From Octopus vulgaris (lineage: Eukaryota): DNA of 64,000 bases. Of this stretch, positions 27,851 through 40,709 are shown piece after piece. The stretch is from positions 620,001 to 684,000 of the forward strand of contig OX597834.1 in the NCBI GenBank assembly GCA_951406725.2, written 5' to 3'. Numbering within the stretch: position 1 is the first letter of the stretch; each line of letters starts with the position of its first letter. The position numbers and the translations under genes were made by a program. A model generated the notes under the pieces. That model was not told the DNA's origin. It searched no databases and saw only the letters and a program-made list of their open reading frames with translations.

Positions 27851-28847
27851 TATCGATATTTTAGATCACCTGTGAAGTCGCTCTTCTCTCTCTTGACTCA
27901 GCTGATGTGTGATAGATGTGGCAGAATTAACGACACCAGAATTTAACTGGTATAACACTGTCAGCTGAATAACCTGGAAGAATGTGAAATGATGTGCTTG
28001 GCTGAAGGACACGACGCACCTCCAGGCCCAGGAACTGAACCCGAAGTCCAAATTCTTAAACGCTTGACCATACAGGGTGACTCAAGTTATAATATTTAAG
28101 GGCAAACAACTCTCAAATTAATCCCTTTCTCCAACATTCTCACCCCGATGTATTTTAAAAACTGGTAAGTAGAACAGTGTTTTTCTACTTCACCTTCCTG
28201 CAATAGTGTCTCTGGAATCTGAATAAACAGATTCTCAAAGTGACAACACTAACACGATTCCATTACAATGAAATCGGTCTTACAAAAAAATTACGTGTGA
28301 CCTACTTTGAGAGATCTCGGGCGTACATAATTTATCTTGTTCTGTGTTGAGAAAATTAAATTAGACTAGCATAAAATGTGTTTCACTGACCTGTTCAGAT
28401 CAAACTATTTAAGAAATTAAACACACACATACACATATGTAGAAACACCATATAAACACACATGTATGCCTAGACCTCTATAGAAATTCCAGCTGATGGC
28501 TTACAATAAAGTTACATGGGCGGGTAGCGATTGAAGACTGCGTTCCGTAACACAATTACAGAGAATATTTCCCATTAATCCATAAACTGAAAGACACAAT
28601 GTTTTAACTGTAATGTGTATTAAAACGTCGACAAACACACTGTGTATAAAAATGTTACTTTACAATACCGTTCGTTGTAAAATTTCTCAGTCAACTTGAA
28701 GCTATGTCACAGAAGCAGAAACTCACCTAAAATTAGAAACAAACAGTAAAAAATTACATTACGTTATGAAGATTATGGAATAAGACTGATTCAGACATAT
28801 TGGTTCCTCAAAAATAACAATAAGATAAATACAAGACACACACACAC

Positions 28848-28903
<56 letters not shown>

Positions 28904-29221
28904 GTATGAACATAGAACAACATGAGAAAATATATAAAACCGACACAGAGTATCACAAATATGCATATTGTGTTTAACTTTAGTTTACTGAAAATGTATT
29001 ATGAATGATAAAAATACATTCCATTAAGTTTCTTTGCGTGTGTGCGTGTGTGTGCGCGTGCGCGATAATGTATGGATACCTTTGATAGGCCACTTACTGT
29101 CGAACTTGTCCTGAGATAATATCTCTTATGGGCTTATATATATTGTGCTCTTTATGCATCATCTCCATGAGAGGTACTTTCATTTCAATACTCACTGAAT
29201 TTTATGTGTGTATATATATAT

Positions 29222-30660
29222 ACCGGAGTAAATACATAAATGTGAAACAAGGTGGTAAAGAGAGTACTCAAATACCAGTGGTAGAGTAATATGCTTTATT
29301 TAAAGCAGCAGAAAATTCAACAAAACCTGTTACTCTGAGTTTCCCGTTGCCGTTCATCGGACAGTTTTTGCTAGAATGGAACCGATATGTCAATTCTATC
29401 CAGACTATTACAAAGATGAGCTCAAAAATATATATATATATATATAAATTATAAAAATTATAAAATTCGAGGAAAAACCTTACATTGAATAAAATACATA
29501 TTGACCTTAATGAAGGAAATATAATTAATACATGGAAATTGAAATGCATTAAAAATCTGCATTAAAATATAACACAGCAATACATATTCATATTAAAGTA
29601 TACGTATATATCAACATACATAGAATAGATGCGTGCGAACCCCATACATATACAGACGTATAAATATAAAGCTAAAATATACACACAGATGCATGTACAC
29701 ATATGTATACGCAATCTAGTTCGCACGCAAGCTAAAATCATGGATGGTTAAGTATCGTTCGTATTTACGAAGCAAGGCTTAAGACATGAGTAAGTGAGGG
29801 GGGCGTAAAGTTTTATGACTCTATACATGTATCGTATAGTTAGAGGAAAAAAACGAAAGAAAGGAAGAGAGAGAAAAAAGAAAAAGGGGGAAGGAAAAAA
29901 AGAAAAAAGGAGGGGTGGGGAAAAATGAAATAAGAAAAATTATGTATACAAGCTGTGTAACCTCGTATATTGACACATATATAGAGAAATAAGTACACAA
30001 ACAGACAAGTTCAAGTGGATACACACACATACAGTCGTGTATGTGTGTGCTTAAGCACAAACATACGCTCACTTACACATACACAGAGACGTATGCTTAC
30101 AAATACATATTCGTGGCTATACACATATTTACATCAAAATTCTAATTTTTGACAACATTGCTTTTAAAAAAATGGTGAGTGTAATAATGAGAATTATACG
30201 AAAGACATGTAAAATATAACACCCTATTTCGGATCATCTATAAATTAAAAATCAAAGTAAGCCTATACAATATAATAACATGAAATAAACTAAGCCGAAG
30301 GTTTTTCCTAAGAAATATGTAGCAATATAAACAAAATAAACAAAATATATGCATGAGACTTTGCTATACGGAATGGAATCTGCATAGCGCGAAACAAATC
30401 CATCGTTGCGTTTACATACTAGTCCAAGAATCAAAATCAAAATTTCAAAATCAAAAATACAAAAAGACAAAATATATACTCTATCCATATGGTATATTTA
30501 TGTTTGATATTTTAAATTTGGCGGCGTGCCTGCATAAGTTTATCAGCTCACTTCTTTGATTCAAAGAATTATTGTCTTTGAATAAAATATAGAGTTTTTC
30601 TAACAGGCAAAGATTGCATTTGAAATTATTCTTGTGTGCTCCATGCCTGTATGGTGCCGC
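29222..30660 (-). mobile_element. Penelope-like element 3' fragment: GIY-YIG C-terminus, long 3' region and hammerhead-bearing pseudo-LTR
   Basis: 30660-30481 translates AAPYRHGAHKNNFKCNLCLLEKLYILFKDNNSLNQRSELINLCRHAAKF...*. HHR at 29327-29364, AATAAA at 29295-29300, ends in (TA)n. Confidence 0.8.
29327..29364 (-). ncRNA. Minimal type I hammerhead ribozyme
   Basis: CUGU-CCGAUGA-A-CG(GCAA)CG-G-GAA-ACUC(A)GAGU-A-ACAG: stem I, GNRA-capped stem II, palindromic stem III, GUA cleavage triplet. Confidence 0.75.
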
Positions 30661-31376
30661 TCTGTCCAGTCAGATGCCAGTCAGACCAAGATTAAGTTCA
30701 CATCTAACTGTTGCAAGAAAAAATTTCTTTAGTGATAGGAATGGTAGTATAGTAGGTTAAGGAAGCAGATTAGCTGGAGAAAAGAACAGAAGGGGAAAAA
30801 AAAAATTTGGGGATGTAAAAGGACAAAGACAGATTGACACTAGAAAGAAGGGTCAGTCTATTTCTATGGTGACAGAAAATTTAGGTCAGTGTGGGAGGAA
30901 CATTAAATTCTTAAGAGACCGTAAGGTTGACCAAACCTTGCTTTCAAATGAAAGCCATCAGAATTTATAGTAGAAGTTAAGAGAAAGGGAGATATAAGGA
31001 AAGAAATAAGAGGGTCTTAGTTTATCGGCAGAGAAAGATACAGTAAGAAAATCAAGGTTAACACTAGAATAGAAGGCTATTAATTTTAATTTTAATTTTT
31101 ATTTTAACTTTTATTTTTATATGGTGAGAAAGAATCTAGGTCACTATCTAGAGGTCAATTAAAACCAATAGCAAATGGTAGGGGAACAGTACCTATTCAA
31201 ATTGATAGTGAAAGTCAGATTATAACTGGGGGAATAGTTTTACATGTTAAATTTAGAATAGAATTGGGAAAATGAGCAATTCTATGATTTAAGTAAGGTT
31301 AATTTAGTTGACTATAAAATCAATTAAAAGTTGGCATAGTATATTTTCTATTTATTATTATATAAAAAAGATACAG

Positions 31377-32180
31377 TTAGAAAACAATAGGAAAACCTTC
31401 AAATTTCCATTTGAAATATTTTATAGTTCTGAGTTTTGAATGAATGCAAGAAAAACCTAACTCTAGACGATTATTTAGTAGATTTTTATTTTTTCTATAC
31501 TTTAAAATCTCGTAGGTCTCCATAGAACAGAGTTGACAGCCTACTCTATTATTTCTGTAAGGTATTGCCCTTCTAACTATTTCCCATTTTAGGTTATATT
31601 TAATATTATTAGTTTTGAGTTCCCAAATTTTGCCTTATGATCTAATCGGAAAGAGGAAAGATGATTGTTAATTCTCTGTTTAAAATTAATAGAACAACCG
31701 ATGTAAAAAAAGTTACTATTAGTAGTTATTATTATTCATTTATAGATTACATTTTGGACTGAACAACGACTTGATGCCGGACAATTTGATCTAATCCTAC
31801 AATTGCAACTGGGGGGATAATTTCCAGATTTGGAATCATTTAAGGACAGTTCTCTCACATTGCTGTTATTCAAATTATTATAAATATTATTTTCATTATT
31901 ATAGGTAATATTGTTATCCAAAGTGGGGTTACTATTCATTGATCCATTCACATCTAACATAACAATACCTCTATTATCTACATTATTGATATTGCTGTTA
32001 TTATTATTTGTATTTATATCAAAGTTATTACTGCTATAGATATTATTGCTATCATCATTTTTGGTATTATTTTTATTTATATTATCCCTATTTTTATCAT
32101 TATAATTATTTCTATTAATATTATTGATATTATTATTATTTTTATTTTTGATACTATTATTACAATTATTATTGCTATTC
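31377..32180 (-). pseudogene. Penelope-like element GIY-YIG endonuclease with Asn-rich linker (pseudogenised)
   Basis: CNCRIRSNCPASSRCSVQNVIYK*IIITTNSNFFYIGCSINFKQRINNHLSSFR..., then a frameshift, then WELKTNNIKYNLKWEIVRRAIPY...CQLCSMETYEIL...LLNNRLELGFSCIH. Confidence 0.88.
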
Positions 32181-32228
32181 ATATGTGTATATATATATAT
32201 ATATATGCATTTATATATATATGTATAA

Positions 32229-32272
<44 letters not shown>

Positions 32273-32381
32273 CATACGATATAGTGTGTATTTAAACACG
32301 TAGAGAATCCACTTATAGGGATTCTACGAGCTAGAAAGAACAGCTAAGTTCTATGACCACAAAAATTCGGGATAAAATTCG

Positions 32382-32481
32382 NNNNNNNNNNNNNNNNNNN
32401 NNNNNNNNNNNNNNNNNNNNNNNNNNNNNNNNNNNNNNNNNNNNNNNNNNNNNNNNNNNNNNNNNNNNNNNNNNNNNNNNN
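32382..32481. other. Assembly gap (100 N)
   Basis: Direct reading. Confidence 1.
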
Positions 32482-35400
32482 TCTCTCTCCGTCTCCCGTC
32501 GCAAGGAAAGAAGGTCTCTCTCCGTCTCCCGTCGCAAGGAAAGAAGGTCTCTCTCCCTCTCCCGTCGCAAGGAAAGAAGGTCTCTCTCCCTCTCCCGTCG
32601 CAAGGAAAGAAGGTCTCTCTCCCTCTCCCGTCGCAAGGAAAGAAGGTCTCTCTCCGTCTCCCGTCGCAAGGAAAGAAGGTCTCTCTCCCTCTCCCGTCGC
32701 AAGGAAAGAAGGTCTCTCTCCCTCTCCCGTCGCAAGGAAAGAAGGTCTCTCTCCTCTCCCGTCGCAAGGAAAGAAGGTCTCTCTCCGTCTCCCGTCGCAA
32801 GGAAAGAAGGTCTCTCTCCCTCTCCCGTCGCAAGGAAAGAAGGTCTCTCTCCGTCTCCCGTCGCAAGGAAAGAAGGTCTCTCTCCCTCTCCCGTCGCAAG
32901 GAAAGAAGGTCTCTCTCCCTCTCCCGTCGCAAGGAAAGAAGGTCTCTCTCCCTCTCCCGTCGCAAGGAAAGAAGGTCTCTCTCCGTCTCCCGTCGCAAGG
33001 AAAGAAGGTCTCTCTCCCTCTCCCGTCGCAAGGAAAGAAGGTCTCTCTCCGTCTCCCGTCGCAAGGAAAGAAGGTCTCTCTCCGTCTCCCGTCGCAAGGA
33101 AAGAAGGTCTCTCTCCCTCTCCCGTCGCAAGGAAAGAAGGTCTCCCGTCGCAAGGAAAGAAGGTCTCCGTCTCCCGTCGCAAGGAAAGAAGGTCTCTCCT
33201 CTCCCGTCGCAAGGAAAGAAGGTCTCTCTCCCTCTCCCGTCGCAAGGAAAGAAGGTCTCTCTCCCTCTCCCGTCGCAAGGAAAGAAGGTCTCTCTCCGTC
33301 TCCCGTCGCAAGGAAAGAAGGTCTCTCTCCCTCTCCCGTCGCAAGGAAAGAAGGTCTCTCTCCGTCTCCCGTCGCAAGGAAAGAAGGTCTCTCTCCGTCT
33401 CCCGTCGCAAGGAAAGAAGGTCTCTCTCCCTCTCCCGTCGCAAGGAAAGAAGGTCTCTCTCCCTCTCCCGTCGCAAGGAAAGAAGGTCTCTCTCCGTCTC
33501 CCGTCGCAAGGAAAGAAGGTCTCTCTCCCTCTCCCGTCGCAAGGAAAGAAGGTCTCTCTCCCTCTCCCGTCGCAAGGAAAGAAGGTCTCTCTCCCTCTCC
33601 CGTCGCAAGGAAAGAAGGTCTCTCTCCGTCTCCCGTCGCAAGGAAAGAAGGTCTCTCTCCCTCTCCCGTCGCAAGGAAAGAAGGTCTCTCTCCCTCTCCC
33701 GTCGCAAGGAAAGAAGGTCTCTCTCCCTCTCCCGTCGCAAGGAAAGAAGGTCTCTCTCCCTCTCCCGTCGCAAGGAAAGAAGGTCTCTCTCCCTCTCCCG
33801 TCGCAAGGAAAGAAGGTCTCTCTCCCTCTCCCGTCGCAAGGAAAGAAGGTCTCTCTCCCTCTCCCGCCGCAAGGAAAGAAGGTCTCTCTCCCTCTCCCGT
33901 CGCAAGGAAAGAAGGTCTCTCTCCCTCTCCCGTCGCAAGGAAAGAAGGTCTCTCTCCCTCTCCCGTCGCAAGGAAAGAAGGTCTCTCTCCCTCTCCCGTC
34001 GCAAGGAAAGAAGGCCTCTCTCCCTCTCCCGTCGCAAGGAAAGAAGGTCTCTCTCTCCCTCTCCCGTCGCAAGGAAAGAAGGTCTCTCTCCCTCTCCCGT
34101 CGCAAGGAAAGAAGGTCTCTCTCTCCCTCTCCCGTCGCAAGGAAAGAAGGTCTCTCTCCCTCTCCCGTCGCAAGGAAAGAAGGCCTCTCTCCCTCTCCCG
34201 TCGCAAGGAAAGAAGGTCTCTCTCTCCCTCTCCCGTCGCAAGGAAAGAAGGTCTCTCTCCCTCTCCCGTCGCAAGGAAAGAAGGTCTCTCTCCCTCTCCC
34301 GTCGCAAGGAAAGAAGGTCTCTCTCCCTCTCCCGTCGCAAGGAAAGAAGGTCTCTCTCCCTCTCCCGTCGCAAGGAAAGAAGGTCTCTCTCCCTCTCCCG
34401 TCGCAAGGAAAGAAGGTCTCTCTCCCTCTCCCGTCGCAAGGAAAGAAGGTCTCTCTCCCTCTCCCGTCGCAAGGAAAGAAGGTCTCTCTCCCTCTCCCGT
34501 CGCAAGGAAAGAAGGTCTCTCTCCCTCTCCCGTCGCAAGGAAAGAAGGTCTCTCTCCCTCTCCCGTCGCAAGGAAAGAAGGCCTCTCCCTCTCCCGTCGC
34601 AAGGAAAGAAGGTCTCTCTCCCTCTCCCGTCGCAAGGAAAGAAGGTCTCTCTCCCTCTCCCGTCGCAAGGAAAGAAGGTCTCTCTCCCTCTCCCGTCGCA
34701 AGGAAAGAAGGTCTCTCTCCCTCTCCCGTCGCAAGGAAAGAAGGTCTCTCTCCCTCTCCCGTCGCAAGGAAAGAAGGTCTCTCTCCCTCTCCCGTCGCAA
34801 GGAAAGAAGGTCTCTCTCCCTCTCCCGTCGCAAGGAAAGAAGGTCTCTCTCTCCCTCTCCCGTCGCAAGGAAAGAAGGTCTCTCTCTCCCTCTCCCGTCG
34901 CAAGGAAAGAAGGTCTCTCTCCCTCTCCCGTCGCAAGGAAAGAAGGTCTCTCTCCCTCTCCCGTCGCAAGGAAAGAAGGTCTCTCTCCCTCTCCCGTCGC
35001 AAGGAAAGAAGGCTCTCTCCCTCTCCCGTCGCAAGGAAAGAAGGTCTCTCTCCCTCTCCCGTCGCAAGGAAAGAAGGTCTCTCTCTCCCTCTCCCGTCGC
35101 AAGGAAAGAAGGTCTCTCTCCCTCTCCCGTCGCAAGGAAAGAAGGCTCTCTCCCTCTCCCGTCGCAAGGAAAGAAGGTCTCTCTCCCTCTCCCGTCGCAA
35201 GGAAAGAAGGTCTCTCTCCCTCTCCCGTCGCAAGGAAAGAAGGTCTCTCTCCCTCTCCCGTCGCAAGGAAAGAAGGTCTCTCTCCCTCTCCCGTCGCAAG
35301 GAAAGAAGGTCTCTCTCCCTCTCCCGTCGCAAGGAAAGAAGGTCTCTCTCTCCCTCTCCCGTCGCAAGGAAAGAAGGCCTCTCTCCCTCTCCCGTCGCAA

Positions 35401-35734
35401 GGAAAGAAGGCCTCTCTCCCTCTCCCGTCGCAAGGAAAGAAGGTCTCTCTCTCCCTCTCCCGTCGCAAGGAAAGAAGGCCTCTCTCCCTCTCCCGTCGCA
35501 AGGAAAGAAGGCCTCTCTCCCTCTCTCGCAAGGAAGAAGGCCCCTCCCTCTCCCGTCGCAAGGAAAGAAGGCCTCTCTCCCTCTCCCGTCGCAAGGAAAG
35601 AAGGTCTCTCTCTCCCTCTCCCGTCGCAAGGAAAGAAGGCCTCTCTCCCTCTCCCGCCGCAAGGAAAGAAGGTCTCTCTCCCTCTCCCGTCGCAAGGAAA
35701 GAAGGTCTCTCTCCCTCTCTCCCTCTCCCGTCGC
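32482..35734. repeat. 33-bp minisatellite array, roughly 100 units (TCTCTCTCCCTCTCCCGTCGCAAGGAAAGAAGG)
   Basis: Direct reading; 11-aa periodicity in overlapping ORFs; 31- and 35-bp variants. Confidence 0.98.
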
Positions 35735-35777
35735 ACTGTAAGATGCGTGTAAGAGTTTATATTATATATATTATATT

Positions 35778-35978
35778 TCTTTTACTTGTTTCCATCATTT
35801 GACTGCGGCCATGCTGTAGCACCACCTTTAGTCGAGCAAATGAACCTCAGGACTTAGTCTTTGTAAGCTTATTGTATCGGTATGTTTTGCCGAACCGCAA
35901 AAGCTAAGTTACGGGGACATAAACACACCAACATCAGTTGTCAAGCGATGTTAGGGTGATAAATACAAACAAACATAC

Positions 35979-36025
<47 letters not shown>

Positions 36026-36089
36026 GGTGAGTTTCAGTTTCCGTCTACCAAATTCACTCAAGGCTATGGTCGGCCCGAGGCTACAGAAG

Positions 36090-36091
<2 letters not shown>
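35778..36091 (-). mobile_element. SINE family A, head missing
   Basis: Reverse complement of the family A tail and body, with internal (TA)n. Confidence 0.85.
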
Positions 36092-36121
<30 letters not shown>

Positions 36122-36125
<4 letters not shown>

Positions 36126-36368
36126 AGGCGCGTGGCTTAGTGATTAGTGTATTCTGCCCATGATCGTAGGTCGGGAGTTCAAATCCCGGCGACGCGTTGT
36201 GTCCTTGAGCAAGACACTATATTTCCCATTTCACACTGTCACACTGTGTCACACCAATTCTCTTTGAGAATTACGTGAAGAGTACACCGATCTGTGGAGT
36301 GTTCAGCTACTTGCACGTTAATTTCACGCAACAGCTGGGACCCTCGTTGTCGTAACCGACGGAGTGCT
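36122..36368 (+). mobile_element. tRNA-derived SINE family C
   Basis: gtgaaggcgcgtggcttagtg...gagttcaaatccc, CORE-like gtgtccttgagcaagacact. Confidence 0.85.
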
Positions 36369-37477
36369 TATATGTGTGTGTGTGTGTGTGTTCGCATAAG
36401 TATTCATATGTATACATGCACACATGTGCAAGTACACACACACAGACACACACACACGCATATATACGAGATAGATAGATAGATAGATAGATAGATAAGG
36501 TAGGTAGGTGCATATCTACACATGTGCATGTGTTTAACAATTTTTGCAAAGATAATTGCGTAAAATAATAAAGGATATAAATTCAATAATCATTCCAGAG
36601 AATAATGTACAATTAACAAATATACACTGAGTAACCGACGTGTGTGTGTTGTGTATGATGAATTATGTACTGTCAAGTATATTTGTTGAAATAACTGGTG
36701 TATATATGTGAAATAAAGCATTTTTAAGTAGTTGTTCGAAGTGTAATTAAGGTTTAAATTCCATTTTTTTTTATGATCATGAAAAATACTCATTCGAAGA
36801 GAGAAGATGCAACGAGAAGCAGTTCCTATTGTCTACCGGATCAGCACAAGAACTATTATAGCAATGAGACCAGTGAACTCTCTTCATATTAGAAATTCAC
36901 ATGTTGCACCTGGCAGCAGGATAATAAGAAAACAATTTTGAAAAAACAGGCAAAAATATTAATTTATCTGTGTTAAAGAACTGTTGGTGATGATGTATTC
37001 GATAGTTACTTTGTGTCAGAGCTTTGTTTATCAAGAGAACCTTTCTTCTTTATATGGAGACGTTTCGGCAGGATAATTTTTATTACATTTCTACTGGCGG
37101 CACCTCATCAAACCCAACCAAAACAGATACCCAATTTTTTTCGCGAGAGTTTCTCAATTCTAAATAAGGGCATGTCCCCGCTCACTGTTCGCTAATTTCA
37201 GCGCGAGATATCGATAATTCATAGGAATGACATTTCATTTAAAACACCAAGAAAAATCATTGACATTTTTAATGGTTTCGGAGATAGACAATGCGTCATA
37301 ATTTATTTTGTAGACACCCACCAAATGTCAATAATAGACACCATGCACGCGCACACACATGTAAGCATACATGAATACAAACATATAGAAATATACATGA
37401 GTGCATGTTTGTGAATATATATATTTCATCATCTTGAACCGTTAATCCCTACAGTGTTTTCATTAACCGCCTTAATC

Positions 37478-37645
37478 ATGGTTTCAAATTTTAGTAAAGC
37501 CAAGTAGTTTTTGAGGGGCAGGGGAAGTCGATTACATCGAAAGGATGGAAGGCAAAGTCGTCATCGCCGGAATTTGAATAGAGTATAAAGACGTATAAAA
37601 AGCTGCTTAGCATTTTGTCCGGCATGTTAATGATTTACCAGCCAC
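37478..37645 (-). mobile_element. SINE family B, internally deleted
   Basis: agtcgattacatcg, aaggcaaagtcg, ggaatttgaa, cttagcattttgtccggc. Confidence 0.75.
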
Positions 37646-37770
37646 TGCACACATTCTACGTAAAGTACTTTCAATACAGAGAAAATAACTCCAAAACAAA
37701 CCACAACACAGACACATAGAGCTGTGCTTTTTAGGACAGTGCAAACACGTGATAAAAGTAAGACTACTGA
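37646..37770 (+). mobile_element. R4/Dong-like LINE extreme 3' end
   Basis: AHILRKVLSIQ C-terminus plus a 3' UTR matching 61790-61880, ending in (AAT/AAC)n. Confidence 0.6.
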
Positions 37771-37794
37771 ATAATAACAACAACAATAATAATA

Positions 37795-38150
37795 GCAGGC
37801 CTGGTTTAATAGTAGTAGATAAAGAGAATAGAAAATGCTACAATCCCAAATGATGAAAAAAAATCAATATGAGAGGTATAGAAAAATAGCGAAGTGTCAG
37901 GACCTGGCCATTGAATTACTGAGACTATGGAAACTACAATGCATCCCAGTAGTTATAGGTGCATTGGGAACTATCCCTAAAAGTTTGAACAGATGGATAG
38001 AGGAAATAGGCATCAAAGCCCAGTTTAATACAGCCCCGGAAGACAGTGTTGTTAGGGACAGCCAGAATACTTAGGAGGGTTCTTGATATCTAAGGCTACT
38101 TGTTGTACCCCGATGTCAATTTTTTTTCCAACCGTCTATATGAAAATAAT
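37795..38150 (+). mobile_element. R4/Dong-like LINE 3' fragment (restriction-like endonuclease)
   Basis: RPGLIVVDKENRKC...KCQDLAIELLRLWKLQCIPVVIGALGTIPKSL...KTVLLGTARILRRVLDI*; flanked by (AAT)n. Confidence 0.88.
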
Positions 38151-39480
38151 GATAATAATAATCACCATTGTTGTTTGTGATTTGTATGATGCCCCTCACA
38201 CATATGCTACAGAAAGTGACCTCGGGGTACACCTTGAAAAGTGAAGGGGGTGTTTTAGTTAAACGTTCAGTAAGAAAGTAATTAATAACTTTTGGAAACA
38301 AAAAATTTAGGGCAAAAACCCAAGAGCAGATAAACATCCGTCAGGATGAATAATAAGAAGAGTCTGATTTAAGTAGAAAGTATGAGGGGAGGTGATTGGT
38401 ACTTTATCTTATCGTCCAGGAAAGGCTTTTAAAAAAGCCAAAGTTGTCCTCAACTAGCAGAAATCAGAAATCCACAACACTTCCTGTATGCAGGCTTTAG
38501 TTGGTGTCGTGGAACACTTAGAAATTGTCAAATACCTTTACGGAAATAAGCGTGTATCCCTGCAGATGAGCCATTTAAACGCGGAAAGTCAAATATATTC
38601 CTTTACTAGAATGGCTTTAAATTTTCGACGGGCAACTTTCTATTTCCAATGTCTTTGCCTCTCAACGTACTTCTTCACATCTTTCAGTCATTTAGTATCG
38701 CCACGTTTGAGAAATATTAGTAGTACATTGTTGATATTTACAGAAAATATAATCAAACATATTTTGCGCTGCCTGTCTCTGTCTGTCTGTTTCAGTCTGA
38801 TAAAAATTCCATAGTAATTTTTTGAGCATTGACATTTCCTAAGACTGCTGGAGGTGCGTTTCAGTACCACACACCGTTTCATTCTATCATTGTTTCTTTT
38901 TCATCACTCTTCCTTTTTTCTGTCTTTCTTTCTTTCTTTCTTTCTTTTTGCCTTATTTATTTTTGTTTCATTTATTTCTGTGTTCATTATCTTTCTTTTT
39001 CCTCTTCTTCTTACTGTTAATGTCGTTGTTCTTGCTGTTGTCATAATTATTGCCGTTGTAACTGTCGATATTATTGTTGTTCTTGTCGATTTAACAAGAA
39101 GAATACTATTAATAATAATAAGTGTTGTTATTATGGTTGTTCTTTTTACAACCAAAAACATTCTTCGGCTGAAACCTGAATTTGTCCGTTGCTAAAAGAA
39201 GAAATAAAAACAGCCACCAAACCAACCAACCAACCGAACAGCCAGCTAGCCAACCAATCAATAAATCTGCTATCGTGATCTGTTAATCAATGTTGTTCTC
39301 TAAATTATGATGAGAATTTCTTGTCATATCTTTGCTTAATTAGAAAATTAAAATTAAAACGTTTGCAAAGCAGCTTTAAAAGCCTATTTAATTGCAAAGA
39401 GTTTCCTTTTCTGATTTCAAAGTTTGATAACAAATAAGAATGTTTCTTTTCCACATTTCAATAATAATAATAATAATAAT

Positions 39481-39810
39481 GTAGTCGCTCGTGGACAAAC
39501 CATTTAGACGAATTCGATAAAGGCAAATATTGATAGAACAGATACAGAATTTGTGGGAAATGAGATGAAAATATTAACCAATTTTAGTGATTGCAGTAAG
39601 CTAGCCTAAAAAGAGTGTAAAAGCAGGCGTGATTGTGTAAGTAAAGCAGTACATTGGCATGATAACCGTATGTGTAAATTCAAAGCAGCAGAAAGGTGGT
39701 ATGGAAACGAGTCAGAGGCTGTGATAAAGAATTATAAGATTTTATGGGACTTTCCCCATAAAAACTGACAGCGGCATTGAATCCAGGAAACTAAATATTA
39801 GAAAAGACAA
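39481..39810 (+). mobile_element. R4/Dong-like LINE fragment (CCHC to REL region)
   Basis: RICGK*DE...CSKLA*KECKSRRDCVSKAVHW...RWY...KILWDFPIKTD; starts right after (AAT)n. Confidence 0.75.
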
Positions 39811-40709
39811 AATAATTAAAGCTGTAAGAATCCTGGCGAAACTTCCAGTCACATGGAACTGAATTATACATTTTACGCGCCTCAATACGCTTTTGTGTTG
39901 AAAATTCATCACAAGGCATGTGTTGATGGGGGCTGATGCTATACAATACAAATGTCCAAGGTCCCACGAACGGGGTCTGCACCAGAAACCACGTCGTTGC
40001 TGAACGTATTTCTTTACCAATGAGGACTTTTCTTTCTCAATAAGACGCAGAAGAGTCGAAGTAAAGGGAGACAGTGATTATATTGGATCGAGCGAGGAGA
40101 ACAAAAGGAAAGGGCTAATGAGAAAGGAGATGGAAAGCATATATGATATACGAAGTCCTTTTGATAGAGGTGAACCTCCAATTATAGCCAAGCAAAGAAC
40201 CTCATACATCCAAGTTCATCCTCACCGCCAACGACACGAGCCCTTGCTCAAGGATCTGCTCTCCAAACTACAGGTGCGAGCTTAATGTAATTCCATTCCC
40301 TCTTACAATTTTCGACGAATAAAACAAGCCTATCTTCGATTATGTAAACTAAGCAGCCGTAGCTGTATGCGTATGTGTGTAAGTGTGTGTTTGAGAAAGA
40401 GAGAGAGATAGAAAGATAGTGAGTCAGTGTGCTTATATATTTGCAAGCTTGTATCTTACCTGGCGTTTATAACCGTCTTCGCTCTATGTGGTGGATAGTG
40501 AGGCAAGTTAACTTACCTGCAAATGGAAAGTAAAATTGTAATTAGACTAAATATAAGGGATAATACAATTCATGTATTTACATATATAAATCCATATGGA
40601 TGTGTAGATAGACAGACAGACAAACAGAATCAGACAGACAGCCCGACAGACATAAAACGGTATAGGAACACAAGTTGACTTAATGTGTATATTTACACAG
40701 AATATCCCA

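Noticed and set aside
32482-35734. CRISPR-like array
   Set aside because: No unique spacers, no cas genes, eukaryotic context
32331-35802. Four overlapping ORFs of more than 1000 aa with 11-aa repeats
   Set aside because: Stop-free 33-bp minisatellite. ORFs are open on both strands, swap frames at indel variants and run through the N gap.
38854-39195. Hydrophobic membrane-protein-like ORF
   Set aside because: Low-complexity TTC/GTT-rich sequence with no exon or domain evidence
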